From: Eledone cirrhosa
Taxonomy: Eukaryota
DNA length: 64,000 nucleotides
Assembly (NCBI GenBank): GCA_964016885.1
Contig: OZ024742.1
Location: 165,602,001 to 165,666,000 of the forward strand
Reading direction: 5' to 3'
Positions 14,001-28,994 of the stretch are shown here, in pieces (the stretch's first letter is position 1; every line of letters begins with the position of its first letter). A program made the position numbers and the translations under genes. The notes beneath the pieces were generated by a model. The model searched no databases and was not told where the DNA came from. It worked only from the letters and a program-made list of their open reading frames with translations.

Positions 14001-15870
14001 TATCTTCCCTTGGCTGGCGGGAAATTATCTCCCCTTGGACGGCTGGAAATTATATCCCCTTGGAAGGATGGAAATTATCTCCCCTTGGACGGCTGGAAAT
14101 TATCTCCCCTTGGACGGCTGGAAATTACCTCCCCTTGGACAGCTGGAAATTATCTGCCCTTGATTTTGTTTTTACAAATTATCTCCCCCTGATTTTTTTT
14201 ACAAATTATCTCCACCTGATTTTTTAAAAAATTATCTCCCCTTGGACGGCTGGAAATTATCTCCCCTTGGACGGCTGGAAATTATCTCCCCTTGATTTTT
14301 TTTACAAATTATCTCCCCCTGATTTTTTTTTACAAATTATCTCCCCCTGATTTTTTTTACAAATTATCTCCCCCTGATTTTTTTTTACAAATTATTTCCC
14401 CCTGATTTTTTTACAAATTATCTCCCCCCTGATTTTTTTTACAATTTCCGCCTGATTTTTTTAAAAATTATCTTCCCTTGGCTGGCGGGAAATTATCTCC
14501 CCTTGGACGGCTGGAAATTATATCCCCTTGGAAGGATGGAAATTATCTCCCCTTGGACGGCTGGAAATTATCTCCCCTTGGACGGCTGGAAATTATCTCC
14601 CCTTGGACAGCTGGAAATTATCTGCCCTTGATTTTGTTTTTACAAATTATCTCCCCCTGATTTTTTTTACAAATTATCTCCACCTGATTTTTTAAAAAAT
14701 TATCTCCCCTTGGACGGCTGGAAATTATCTCCCCTTGATTTTTTTTACAAATTATCTCCCCCTGATTTTTTTTTACAAATTATCTCCCCCTGATTTTTTT
14801 TACAAATTATCTCCCCCTGATTTTTTTTTACAAATTATCTCACCCTGATTTTTTTTACAAATTATCTCTCCCTGATTTTTTTACAAATTATCTCCCCTTG
14901 GCTGGCTGGAAATTATCTCCCCTTGGAGGCTGGAATTTATCTCCCCTTGGACGGCTAGAAATTACCTCTCCTTGGACGGCTGGAAAATATGTCTCCTTGG
15001 ACGGCTGGATATTATCTACCCTTGGACGGCTGGAAATTATCTCCCCTTGGACGGCTGGAAATTATCTCCTCTTGGACGGCTAGATATTACCTCCCCTTGG
15101 ACGGCTGGAAATTATCTCCCCTTGATTTTTTTACAAATTATCTCCCCCTGATTTTTTTACAAATTATCTCCCCCTGATTTTTTTTACAAATTATCTCCGC
15201 CTAATTTTTTTAAATATTATCTTCCCTTGGCTGGCGGGAAATTATCTCCCCTTGGACGGCTGAAAATTATCTCCCCTTGGACGGCTGGAAATTATCTCCC
15301 CTTGATTTTTTTTACAAATTATCTCCCCCTGATTTTTTTTTAAAAATTATCTCCCCCTGATTTTTTTTACAAATTATCTCCTCCTGATTTTTTTACAAAT
15401 TATCTCCCCTTGGCTGGCTGGAAATTATCTCCCCTTGGAGGCTGGAATTTATCTCCCCTTGGACGGCTAGAAATTACCTCTCCTTGGAAGGCTGGAAAAT
15501 ATGTCCTTGGACGGCTGGATATTATCTACCCTTGGACGGCTGGAAATTATCTCCCCTTGGACGGCTGGAAATTATCTCCCCTTGGACGGCTAGATATTAC
15601 CTCCCCTTGGACGGCTGAAAATTATCTCCCCTTGGACGGCTGGAAATTATCTCCCCTTGATTTTTTTTACAAATTATCTCCCCCTGATTATTTTTTACAA
15701 ATTATCCCCTGATTTTTTTTTTACAAATTATCTCCCCCTGATTTTTTTTACAAATTATCTCCCCCTGATTTTTTTACAAATTATCTCCCCTTGGCTGGCT
15801 GGAAATTATCTCCCATTGGAGGCTGGAATTTATCTCCCCTTGGACGGTTAGAAATTACCTCCCCTTGGAC
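6520..15870. repeat. Tandem higher-order repeat, period ~3893-3894 bp, ~2.4 copies, containing an internal ~468-bp duplication
   Basis: Markers TAGAACTTAC (~8351/12245), GACTGCTGAAAA (~9802/13695), ACAATTTCCGCC (~10548/14441). ORF pairs 7111/11005/14898 and 8992/12885. Internal pair 10117/10585. Confidence 0.9.
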
Positions 15871-16109
15871 GGCTGGAAAATATGTCTCCTTGGACGGCTG
15901 GAAATTATCGCCCCTTGGACGGCTGGAAATTATCTCCCCTTGGACGGCTGGAAATTATCTCTCATCGGACGGCTAGAAATTACCTCTCCTTGGACAGCTG
16001 AAAATTATCTCCCCTTGGACGGCTGGAAATTATCTCCCCTTGATTTTTTTTACAAATTATCTCCCCCTGATTTTTTTTTACAAATTATCTCCCCCTGATT
16101 TTTTTTTAC

Positions 16110-19100
16110 AAATTATCTCCCCCTGATTTTTTTTTACAAATTATCTCCCCCTGATATTTTTTACAAATTATCTCCCCCTGATTTTTTTACAAATTATCTC
16201 CCCTTGGCTGGCTGGAAATTATCTCCCCTTGGAGGCTGGAATTTATCTCCCCTTGGACGGCTAGAAATTACCTCGCCTTGGACGGCTGGAAAATATGTCT
16301 CCTTGGACGGCTGGAAATTATCTCCCCTTGGACGGCTGGAAATTATCTCCCCTTGGACAGCTGGAAATTATCTCCCCTTGGACGGCTAGATATTACCTCC
16401 CCTTGGACGGCTGGAAATTATCTCCCCTTGATTTTTTTTACAAATTATCTCCCCCTGATTTTTTTTTACAAATTATCTCCCCCTGATTTTTTTTTACGAA
16501 TTATCTCCCCCCGATTTTTTTTTACAAATTATCTCCGCCTGATTTTTTTTTAAAAATTATCTCCCCTTGAACGGCTGGAAATTATCTCCCCTTGGACGGC
16601 TGGAAATTATCTCCCCTTGGACGGCTAGAAATTACCTCTCCTTGGACGGCTGAAAATTATCTCCCCTTGGACGGCTGCAAATTATCTCCCCTTGATTTTT
16701 TAACAAATTATCTCCCCCTGATTTTTTTTTACAAATTATCTCCCCCTGATTTTTTTTTACAAATTATCTCCCCCTGATTTTTTTTTACAAATTATCTCCC
16801 CCTGATTTTTTTACAAATTATCTCCCCCTGATTTTTTTTACAATCTCCGCCTGATTTTTTAAAAAATTATCTTCCCTTGGCTGGCGGGAAATTATCTCCC
16901 CTTGGACGGCTGGAAATTATCTCCCCTTGGACGGCTGGAAATTATCTCCCCTTGGACAGCTGGAAATTATCTGCCCTTGATTTTGTTTTTACAAATTATC
17001 TCCCCCTGATTTTTTTTACAAATTATCTCCACCTGATTTTTTAAAAAATTATCTCCCCTTGGACGGCTGGAAATTATCTCCCCTTGATTTTTTTACAAAT
17101 TATCTCCCCCTGATTTTTTTTACAAATTATCTCCCCCTGATTTTATGTTACAAATTATCTCCCCCTGATTTTTTTTTACAAATTATCTCCCCCTGATTTT
17201 TTTTTACAAATTATCTCCCCCTGATTTTTTTTTACAAATTATCTCACCCTGATTTTTTTTACAAATTATCTCTCCCTGATTTTTTTACAAATTATCTCCC
17301 CTTGGCTGGCTGGAAATTATCTCCCCTTGGAGGCTGGAATTTATCTCCCCTTGGACGGCTAGAAATTACCTCTCCTTGGACGGCTGGAAAATATGTCTCC
17401 TTGGACGGCTGGATATTATCTACCCTTGGACGGCTGGAAATTATCTCCCCTTGGACGGCTGGAAATTATCTCCTCTTGGACGGCTAGATATTACCTCCCC
17501 TTGGACGGCTGGAAATTATCTCCCCCTGATTTTTTTTTACAAATTATCTCCCCCTGATTTTTTTTTACAAATTATCTCCCCCTGATTTTTTTACAAATTA
17601 TCTCCCCCTGATTTTTTTTACAATCTCCGCCTGATTTTTTAAAAAATTATCTTCCCTTGGCTGGCGGGAAATTATCTCCCCTTGGACGGCTGGAAATTAT
17701 CTCCCCTTGGACGGCTGGAAATTATCTCCCCTTGGACAGCTGGAAATTATCTGCCCTTGATTTTGTTTTTACAAATTATCTCCCCCTGATTTTTTTTACA
17801 AATTATCTCCACCTGATTTTTTAAAAAATTATCTCCCCTTGGACGGCTGGAAATTATCTCCCCTTGATTTTTTTACAAATTATCTCCCCCTGATTTTTTT
17901 TACAAATTATCTCCCCCTGATTTTATGTTACAAATTATCTCCCCCTGATTTTTTTTTACAAATTATCTCCCCCTGATTTTTTTTTACAAATTATCTCCCC
18001 CTGATTTTTTTTTACAAATTATCTCACCCTGATTTTTTTTACAAATTATCTCTCCCTGATTTTTTTACAAATTATCTCCCCTTGGCTGGCTGGAAATTAT
18101 CTCCCCTTGGAGGCTGGAATTTATCTCCCCTTGGACGGCTAGAAATTACCTCTCCTTGGACGGCTGGAAAATATGTCTCCTTGGACGGCTGGATATTATC
18201 TACCCTTGGACGGCTGGAAATTATCTCCCCTTGGACGGCTGGAAATTATCTCCTCTTGGACGGCTAGATATTACCTCCCCTTGGACGGCTGGAAATTATC
18301 TCCCCTTGATTTTTTTACAAATTATCTCCCCCTGATTTTTTTACAAATTATCTCCCCCTGATTTTTTTTACAAATTATCTCCGCCTAATTTTTTTAAATA
18401 TTATCTCCCCTTGGACGGCTGGAAATTATCTCCCCTTGGACGGCTGGAAATTATCTCCCCTTGGACAGCTGGAAATTATCTGCCCTTGATTTTGTTTTTA
18501 CAAATTATCTCCCCCTGATTTTTTTTACAAATTATCTCCACCTGATTTTTTAAAAAATTATCTCCCCTTGGACGGCTGGAAATTATCTCCCCTTGATTTT
18601 TTTACAAATTATCTCCCCCTGATTTTTTTTACAAATTATCTCCCCCTGATTTTATGTTACAAATTATCTCCCCCTGATTTTTTTTTACAAATTATCTCCC
18701 CCTGATTTTTTTTTACAAATTATCTCCCCCTGATTTTTTTTTACAAATTATCTCACCCTGATTTTTTTTACAAATTATCTCTCCCTGATTTTTTTACAAA
18801 TTATCTCCCCTTGGCTGGCTGGAAATTATCTCCCCTTGGAGGCTGGAAATTATCTCCCCTTGGACAGCTGGAAATTATCTGCCCTTGATTTTGTTTTTAC
18901 AAATTATCTCCCCCTGATTTTTTAAAAAATTATCTTCCCTTGGCTGGCGGTAAATTATCTCCCCTTGGACGGCTGGAAATTATCTCCCCTTGGACGGCTG
19001 GAAATTATCTCCCCTTGGACAGCTGGAAATTATCTGCCCTTGATTTTGTTTTTACAAATTATCTCCCCCTGATTTTTTTTACAAATTATCTCCACCTGAT

Positions 19101-22100
19101 TTTTTAAAAAATTATCTCCCCTTGGACGGCTGGAAATTATCTCCCCTTGATTTTTTTACAAATTATCTCCCCCTGATTTTTTTTACAAATTATCTCCCCC
19201 TGATTTTATGTTACAAATTATCTCCCCCTGATTTTTTTTTACAAATTATCTCCCCCTGATTTTATGTTACAAATTATCTCCCCCTGATTTTTTTACAAAT
19301 TATCTCCCCCTGATTTTTTTTACAAATTATCTCCGCCTGATTTTTTTAAATATTATCTTCCCTTGGCTGGCGGGAAATTATCTCCCCTTGGACGGCTGGA
19401 AATTATCTCCCCTTGATTTTTTTTACAAATTATCTCCCCCTGATTTTTTTTTACAAATTATCTCCCCCTGATTTTTTTTACAAATTATCTCCCCCTGATT
19501 TTTTTTTACAAATTATCTCCCCCTGATTTTTTTTTACAAATCTCCCCCTGATTTTTTTATAAATTATCTCCCCTTGGCTGGCTGGAAATTATCTCCCCTT
19601 GGAGGCTGGAATTTATCTCCCCTTGGACGGCTAGAAATTACCTCTCCTTGGATGGCTGGAAAATATGTCTCCTTGGACGGCTGGATATTATCTACCCTTG
19701 GACGGCTGGAAATTATCTCCCCTTGGACGGCTGGAAATTATCTCCCCTTGGACGGCTAGATATTACCTCCCATTGGACGGCTGGAAATTATCTCCCCTTG
19801 ATTTTTTTTACAAATTATCTCCCCCTGATTTTTTTTTACGAATTATCTCCCCCTGATTTTTTTTTACAAATTATCTCCGCCTGATTTTTTTTAAAAAATT
19901 ATCTCCCCTTGAACGGCTGGAAATTATCTCCCCTTGGACGGCTGGAAATTATCTCCCCTTGGACGGCTAGAAATTACCTCTCCTTGGACGGCTGAAAATT
20001 ATCTCCCCTTGGACGGCTGCAAATTATCTCCCCTTGATTTTTTTAACAAATTATCTCCCCCTGATTTTTTTTTACAAATTATCTCCCCCTGATTTTTTTT
20101 ACAAATTATCTACGCCTAATTTTTTTTACAAATTATCTCCCCCTGATTTTTTTTTACAAATTATCTCCCCCTGATTTTTTTTACAAATTATCTCCCCTTG
20201 GCTGGCTGGAAATTATCTCCCCTTGGAGGCTGGAATTTATCTCCCCTTGGACGGTTAGAAATTACCTCTCCTTGGACTGCTGGAAAATATGTCTCCTTGG
20301 ACGGCTGGAAATTATCTCCCCTTGGACGGCTGGAAATTATCTCCCCTTGGACGGCTGGAAATTATCTCTCCTCGGACGACTAGAAATTACCTCTCCTTGG
20401 ACAGCTGAAAATTATCTCCCCTTGGACGGCTGGAAATTATCTCCCCTTGATTTTTTTTACAAATTATCTCCCCCTGATTTATTTTACAAATTATCTCCCC
20501 CTGATTTTTTTTTACAAATTATCTCCCCCTGATTTTTTTTACAAATTATCTCCCCCTGATATTTTTTACAAATTATCTCCCCCTGATTTTTTTACAAATT
20601 ATCTCCCCTTGGCTGGCTGGAAATTATCTACCCTTGGAGGCTGGAATTTATCTCCCCTTGGACGGCTAGAAATTACCTCGCCTTGGACGGCTGGAAAATA
20701 TGTCTCCTTGGACGGCTGGAAATTATCTCCCCTTGGACGGCTGGAAATTATCTCCCCTTGGACGGCTGGAAATTATCTCCCCTTGGACGGCTAGATATTA
20801 CCTCCCCTTGGACGGCTGGAAATTATCTCCCCTTGATTTTTTTTACAAATTATCTCCCCCTGATTTTTTTTTACAAATTATCTCCCCCTGATTTTTTTTT
20901 ACGAAGTATCTCCCCCTGATTTTTTTTTACAAATTATCTCCGCCTGATTTTTTTTTTAAAATTATCTCCCCTTGAACGGCTGGAAATTATCTCCCCTTGG
21001 ACGGCTGGAAATTATCTCCCCTTGGACGGCTAGAAATTACCTCTCCTTGGACGGCTGAAAATTATCTCCCATTGGACGGCTGCAAATTATCTCCCCTTGA
21101 TTTTTTAACAAATTATCTCCCCCTGATTTTTTTTTACAAATTATCTCCCCCTGATTTTTTTTACAAATTATCTCCCCCTGATTTTTTTTTACAAATTATT
21201 TCCCCCTGATTTTTTTCCGCCTAATTTTTTTTACAAATTATCTCCCCCTGATTTTTTTTTACAAATTATCTCCCCCTGATTTTTTTTACAAATTATCTCC
21301 CCCTGATTTTTTTTTACAAATTATTTCCCCCTGATTTTTTTACAAATTATCTCCCCCTGATTTTTTTTTACAAATTATCTCCCCCTGATATTTTTTACAA
21401 ATTATCTCCCCCTGATTTTTTTACAAATTATCTCCCCTTGGCTGGCTGGAAATTATCTCCCCTTGGAGGCTGGAATTTATCTCCCCTTGGACGGCTAGAA
21501 ATTACCTCGCCTTGGACGGCTGGAAAATATGTCTCCTTGGACGGCTGGAAATTATCTCCCCTTGGACGGCTGGAAATTATCTCCCCTTGGACAGCTGGAA
21601 ATTATCTCCCCTTGGACGGCTAGATATTACCTCCCCTTGGACGGCTGGAAATTATCTCCCCTTGATTTTTTTTACAAATTATCTCCCCCTGATTTTTTTT
21701 TACAAATTATCTCCCCCTGATTTTTTTTTACGAATTATCTCCCCCCGATTTTTTTTTACAAATTATCTCCGCCTGATTTTTTTTTAAAAATTATCTCCCC
21801 TTGAACGGCTGGAAATTATCTCCCCTTGGACGGCTGGAAATTATCTCCCCTTGGACGGCTAGAAATTACCTCTCCTTGGACGGCTGAAAATTATCTCCCC
21901 TTGGACGGCTGCAAATTATCTCCCCTTGATTTTTTAACAAATTATCTCCCCCTGATTTTTTTTTACAAATTATCTCCCCCTGATTTTTTTTTACAAATTA
22001 TCTCCCCCTGATTTTTTTTTACAAATTATCTCCCCCTGATTTTTTTACAAATTATCTCCCCCTGATTTTTTTTACAATCTCCGCCTGATTTTTTAAAAAA

Positions 22101-25100
22101 TTATCTTCCCTTGGCTGGCGGGAAATTATCTCCCCTTGGACGGCTGGAAATTATCTCCCCTTGGACGGCTGGAAATTATCTCCCCTTGGACAGCTGGAAA
22201 TTATCTGCCCTTGATTTTGTTTTTACAAATTATCTCCCCCTGATTTTTTTTACAAATTATCTCCACCTGATTTTTTAAAAAATTATCTCCCCTTGGACGG
22301 CTGGAAATTATCTCCCCTTGATTTTTTTACAAATTATCTCCCCCTGATTTTTTTTACAAATTATCTCCCCCTGATTTTATGTTACAAATTATCTCCCCCT
22401 GATTTTTTTTTACAAATTATCTCCCCCTGATTTTTTTTTACAAATTATCTCCCCCTGATTTTTTTTTACAAATTATCTCACCCTGATTTTTTTTACAAAT
22501 TATCTCTCCCTGATTTTTTTACAAATTATCTCCCCTTGGCTGGCTGGAAATTATCTCCCCTTGGAGGCTGGAATTTATCTCCCCTTGGACGGCTAGAAAT
22601 TACCTCTCCTTGGACGGCTGGAAAATATGTCTCCTTGGACGGCTGGATATTATCTACCCTTGGACGGCTGGAAATTATCTCCCCTTGGACGGCTGGAAAT
22701 TATCTCCTCTTGGACGGCTAGATATTACCTCCCCTTGGACGGCTGGAAATTATCTCCCCCTGATTTTTTTTTACAAATTATCTCCCCCTGATTTTTTTTT
22801 ACAAATTATCTCCCCCTGATTTTTTTACAAATTATCTCCCCCTGATTTTTTTTACAATCTCCGCCTGATTTTTTAAAAAATTATCTTCCCTTGGCTGGCG
22901 GGAAATTATCTCCCCTTGGACGGCTGGAAATTATCTCCCCTTGGACGGCTGGAAATTATCTCCCCTTGGACAGCTGGAAATTATCTGCCCTTGATTTTGT
23001 TTTTACAAATTATCTCCCCCTGATTTTTTTTACAAATTATCTCCACCTGATTTTTTAAAAAATTATCTCCCCTTGGACGGCTGGAAATTATCTCCCCTTG
23101 ATTTTTTTACAAATTATCTCCCCCTGATTTTTTTTACAAATTATCTCCCCCTGATTTTATGTTACAAATTATCTCCCCCTGATTTTTTTTTACAAATTAT
23201 CTCCCCCTGATTTTTTTTTACAAATTATCTCCCCCTGATTTTTTTTTACAAATTATCTCACCCTGATTTTTTTTACAAATTATCTCTCCCTGATTTTTTT
23301 ACAAATTATCTCCCCTTGGCTGGCTGGAAATTATCTCCCCTTGGAGGCTGGAATTTATCTCCCCTTGGACGGCTAGAAATTACCTCTCCTTGGACGGCTG
23401 GAAAATATGTCTCCTTGGACGGCTGGATATTATCTACCCTTGGACGGCTGGAAATTATCTCCCCTTGGACGGCTGGAAATTATCTCCTCTTGGACGGCTA
23501 GATATTACCTCCCCTTGGACGGCTGGAAATTATCTCCCCTTGATTTTTTTACAAATTATCTCCCCCTGATTTTTTTACAAATTATCTCCCCCTGATTTTT
23601 TTTACAAATTATCTCCGCCTAATTTTTTTAAATATTATCTCCCCTTGGACGGCTGGAAATTATCTCCCCTTGGACGGCTGGAAATTATCTCCCCTTGGAC
23701 AGCTGGAAATTATCTGCCCTTGATTTTGTTTTTACAAATTATCTCCCCCTGATTTTTTTTACAAATTATCTCCACCTGATTTTTTAAAAAATTATCTCCC
23801 CTTGGACGGCTGGAAATTATCTCCCCTTGATTTTTTTACAAATTATCTCCCCCTGATTTTTTTTACAAATTATCTCCCCCTGATTTTATGTTACAAATTA
23901 TCTCCCCCTGATTTTTTTTTACAAATTATCTCCCCCTGATTTTTTTTTACAAATTATCTCCCCCTGATTTTTTTTTACAAATTATCTCACCCTGATTTTT
24001 TTTACAAATTATCTCTCCCTGATTTTTTTACAAATTATCTCCCCTTGGCTGGCTGGAAATTATCTCCCCTTGGAGGCTGGAAATTATCTCCCCTTGGACA
24101 GCTGGAAATTATCTGCCCTTGATTTTGTTTTTACAAATTATCTCCCCCTGATTTTTTAAAAAATTATCTTCCCTTGGCTGGCGGTAAATTATCTCCCCTT
24201 GGACGGCTGGAAATTATCTCCCCTTGGACGGCTGGAAATTATCTCCCCTTGGACAGCTGGAAATTATCTGCCCTTGATTTTGTTTTTACAAATTATCTCC
24301 CCCTGATTTTTTTTACAAATTATCTCCACCTGATTTTTTAAAAAATTATCTCCCCTTGGACGGCTGGAAATTATCTCCCCTTGATTTTTTTACAAATTAT
24401 CTCCCCCTGATTTTTTTTACAAATTATCTCCCCCTGATTTTATGTTACAAATTATCTCCCCCTGATTTTTTTTTACAAATTATCTCCCCCTGATTTTATG
24501 TTACAAATTATCTCCCCCTGATTTTTTTACAAATTATCTCCCCCTGATTTTTTTTACAAATTATCTCCGCCTGATTTTTTTAAATATTATCTTCCCTTGG
24601 CTGGCGGGAAATTATCTCCCCTTGGACGGCTGGAAATTATCTCCCCTTGATTTTTTTTACAAATTATCTCCCCCTGATTTTTTTTTACAAATTATCTCCC
24701 CCTGATTTTTTTTTACAAATTATCTCCCCCTGATTTTTTTTTACAAATTATCTCCCCCTGATTTTTTTTTACAAATCTCCCCCTGATTTTTTTATAAATT
24801 ATCTCCCCTTGGCTGGCTGGAAATTATCTCCCCTTGGAGGCTGGAATTTATCTCCCCTTGGACGGCTAGAAATTACCTCTCCTTGGATGGCTGGAAAATA
24901 TGTCTCCTTGGACGGCTGGATATTATCTACCCTTGGACGGCTGGAAATTATCTCCCCTTGGACGGCTGGAAATTATCTCCCCTTGGACGGCTAGATATTA
25001 CCTCCCATTGGACGGCTGGAAATTATCTCCCCTTGATTTTTTTTACAAATTATCTCCCCCTGATTTTTTTTTACGAATTATCTCCCCCTGATTTTTTTTT

Positions 25101-26590
25101 ACAAATTATCTCCGCCTGATTTTTTTTTAAAAATTATCTCCCCTTGAACGGCTGGAAATTATCTCCCCTTGGACGGCTGGAAATTATCTCCCCTTGGACG
25201 GCTAGAAATTACCTCTCCTTGGACGGCTGAAAATTATCTCCCCTTGGACGGCTGCAAATTATCTCCCCTTGATTTTTTTAACAAATTATCTCCCCCTGAT
25301 TTTTTTTTACAAATTATCTCCCCCTGATTTTTTTTACAAATTATCTACGCCTAATTTTTTTTACAAATTATCTCCCCCTGATTTTTTTTTACAAATTATC
25401 TCCCCCTGATTTTTTTTACAAATTATCTCCCCTTGGCTGGCTGGAAATTATCTCCCCTTGGAGGCTGGAATTTATCTCCCCTTGGACGGTTAGAAATTAC
25501 CTCTCCTTGGACTGCTGGAAAATATGTCTCCTTGGACGGCTGGAAATTATCTCCCCTTGGACGGCTGGAAATTATCTCCCCTTGGACGGCTGGAAATTAT
25601 CTCTCCTCGGACGACTAGAAATTACCTCTCCTTGGACAGCTGAAAATTATCTCCCCTTGGACGGCTGGAAATTATCTCCCCTTGATTTTTTTTACAAATT
25701 ATCTCCCCCTGATTTATTTTACAAATTATCTCCCCCTGATTTTTTTTTACAAATTATCTCCCCCTGATTTTTTTTACAAATTATCTCCCCCTGATATTTT
25801 TTACAAATTATCTCCCCCTGATTTTTTTACAAATTATCTCCCCTTGGCTGGCTGGAAATTATCTACCCTTGGAGGCTGGAATTTATCTCCCCTTGGACGG
25901 CTAGAAATTACCTCGCCTTGGACGGCTGGAAAATATGTCTCCTTGGACGGCTGGAAATTATCTCCCCTTGGACGGCTGGAAATTATCTCCCCTTGGACGG
26001 CTGGAAATTATCTCCCCTTGGACGGCTAGATATTACCTCCCCTTGGACGGCTGGAAATTATCTCCCCTTGATTTTTTTTACAAATTATCTCCCCCTGATT
26101 TTTTTTTACAAATTATCTCCCCCTGATTTTTTTTTACGAAGTATCTCCCCCTGATTTTTTTTTACAAATTATCTCCGCCTGATTTTTTTTTAAAAATTAT
26201 CTCCCCTTGAACGGCTGGAAATTATCTCCCCTTGGACGGCTGGAAATTATCTCCCCTTGGACGGCTAGAAATTACCTCTCCTTGGACGGCTGAAAATTAT
26301 CTCCCATTGGACGGCTGCAAATTATCTCCCCTTGATTTTTTAACAAATTATCTCCCCCTGATTTTTTTTTACAAATTATCTCCCCCTGATTTTTTTTACA
26401 AATTATCTCCCCCTGATTTTTTTTTACAAATTATTTCCCCCTGATTTTTTTCCGCCTAATTTTTTTTACAAATTATCTCCCCCTGATTTTTTTTTACAAA
26501 TTATCTCCCCCTGATTTTTTTTACAAATTATCTCCCCCTGATTTTTTTTTACAAATTATTTCCCCCTGATTTTTTTACAAATTATCTCCC
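16110..26590. repeat. Tandem higher-order repeat, period 5234-5235 bp, 2 copies, each containing a nested 780-bp tandem duplication
   Basis: Markers GGCGGTAAATT (T at 18951/24185) and fused junction GATTTTTTTCCGCCTAA (CCGC at 21217/26452). ORF pairs 16204/21438 and 19574/24809. Nested pairs 17302/18082 and 22536/23316. Confidence 0.92.
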
Positions 26591-28994
26591 CCCTGATTTT
26601 TTTTACAATCTCCGCCTGATTTTTTTAAAAATTATCTTCCCTTGGCTGGCGGGAAATTATCTCCCCTTGGACGGCTGGAAATTATATCCCCTTGGAAGGA
26701 TGGAAATTATCTCCCCTTGGACGGCTGGAAATTATCTCCCCTTGGACGGCTGGAAATTATCTCCCCTTGGACAGCTGGAAATTATCTGTCCTTGATTTTG
26801 TTTTTACAAATTATCTCCCCCTGATTTTTTTTACAAATTATCTCCACCTGATTTTTTAAAAAATTATCTCCCCTTGGACGGCTGGAAATTATCTCCCCTT
26901 GATTTTTTTTACAAATTATCTCCCCCTGAATTTTTTTTACAAATTATCTCCCCCTGATTTTTTTTTACAAATTATCTCCCCCTGATTTTTTTTTACAAAT
27001 TATCTCACCCTGATTTTTTTTACAAATTATCTCTCCCTGATTTTTTTACAAATTATCTCCCCTTGGCTGGCTGGAAATTATCTCCCCTTGGAGGCTGGAA
27101 TTTATCTCCCCTTGGACGGCTAGAAATTACCTCTCCTTGGACGGCTGGAAAATATGTCTCCTTGGACGGCTGGATATTATCTACCCGTGGACGGCTGGAA
27201 ATTATCTCCCCTTGGACGGCTGGAAATTATCTCCTCTTGGACGGCTAGATATTACCTCCCCTTGGACGGCTGGAAATTATCTCCCCTTGATTTTTTTACA
27301 AATTATCTCCCCCTGATTTTTTTACAAATTATCTCCCCCTGATTTTTTTTACAAATTATCTCCGCCTAATTTTTTTAAATATTATCTTCCCTTGGCTGGC
27401 GGGAAATTATCTCCCCTTGGACGGCTGAAAATTATCTCCCCTTGGACGGCTGGAAATTATCTCCCCTTGATTTTTTTTACAAATTATCTCCCCCTGATTT
27501 TTTTTTACAAATTATCTCCCCCTGATTTTTTTTACAAATTATCTCCCCCTGATTTTTTTACAAATTATCTCCCCTTGGCTGGCTGGAAATTATCTCCCCT
27601 TGGAGGCTGGAATTTATCTCCCCTTGGACGGCTAGAAATTACCTCTCCTTGGAAGGCTGGAAAATATGTCCTTGGACGGCTGGATATTATCTACCCTTGG
27701 ACGGCTGGAAATTATCTCCCCTTGGACGGCTGGAAATTATCTCCCCTTGGACGGCTAGATATTACCTCCCCTTGGACGGCTGAAAATTATCTCCCCTTGG
27801 ACGGCTGGAAATTATCTCCCCTTGATTTTTTTTACAAATTATCTCCCCCTGATTATTTTTTACAAATTATCCCCTGATTTTTTTTTTACAAATTATCTCC
27901 CCCTGATTTTTTTTACAAATTATCTCCACCTGATTTTTTAAAAAATTATCTCCCCTTGGACGGCTGGAAATTATCTCCCCTTGATTTTTTTTACAAATTA
28001 TCTCCCCCTGATTTTTTTTTACAAATTATCTCCCCCTGATTTTTTTTTACAAATTATCTCCCCCTGATTTTTTTTTACAAATTATCTCCCCCTGATATTT
28101 TTTACAAATTATCTCCCCCTGATTTTTTTACAAATTATCTCCCCTTGGCTGGCTGGAAATTATCTCCCCTTGGAGGCTGGAATTTATCTCCCCTTGGACG
28201 GCTAGAAATTACCTCGCCTTGGACGGCTGGAAAATATGTCTCCTTGGACGGCTGGAAATTATCTCCCCTTGGACGGCTGGAAATTATCTCCCCTTGGACA
28301 GCTGGAAATTATCTCCCCTTGGACGGCTAGATATTACCTCCCCTTGGACGGCTGGAAATTATCTCCCCTTGATTTTTTTTACAAATTATCTCCCCCTGAT
28401 TTTTTTTTACAAATTATCTCCCCCTGATTTTTTTTACGAATTATCTCCCCCCGATTTTTTTTTACAAATTATCTCCGCCTGATTTTTTTTTAAAAATTAT
28501 CTCCCCTTGAACGGCTGGAAATTATCTCCCCTTGGACGGCTGGAAATTATCTCCCCTTGGACGGCTAGAAATTACCTCTCCTTGGACGGCTGAAAATTAT
28601 CTCCCATTGGACGGCTGCAAATTATCTCCCCTTGATTTTTTAACAAATTATCTCCCCCTGATTTTTTTTTACAAATTATCTCCCCCTGATTTTTTTTTAC
28701 AAATTATCTCCCCCTGATTTTTTTTTACAAATTATCTCCCCCTGATTTTTTTACAAATTATCTCCCCCTGATTTTTTTTACAATCTCCGCCTGATTTTTT
28801 AAAAAATTATCTTCCCTTGGCTGGCGGGAAATTATCTCCCCTTGGACGGCTGGAAATTATCTCCCCTTGGACGGCTGGAAATTATCTCCCCTTGGACAGC
28901 TGGAAATTATCTGCCCTTGATTTTGTTTTTACAAATTATCTCCCCCTGATTTTTTTTACAAATTATCTCCACCTGATTTTTTAAAAAATTATCT

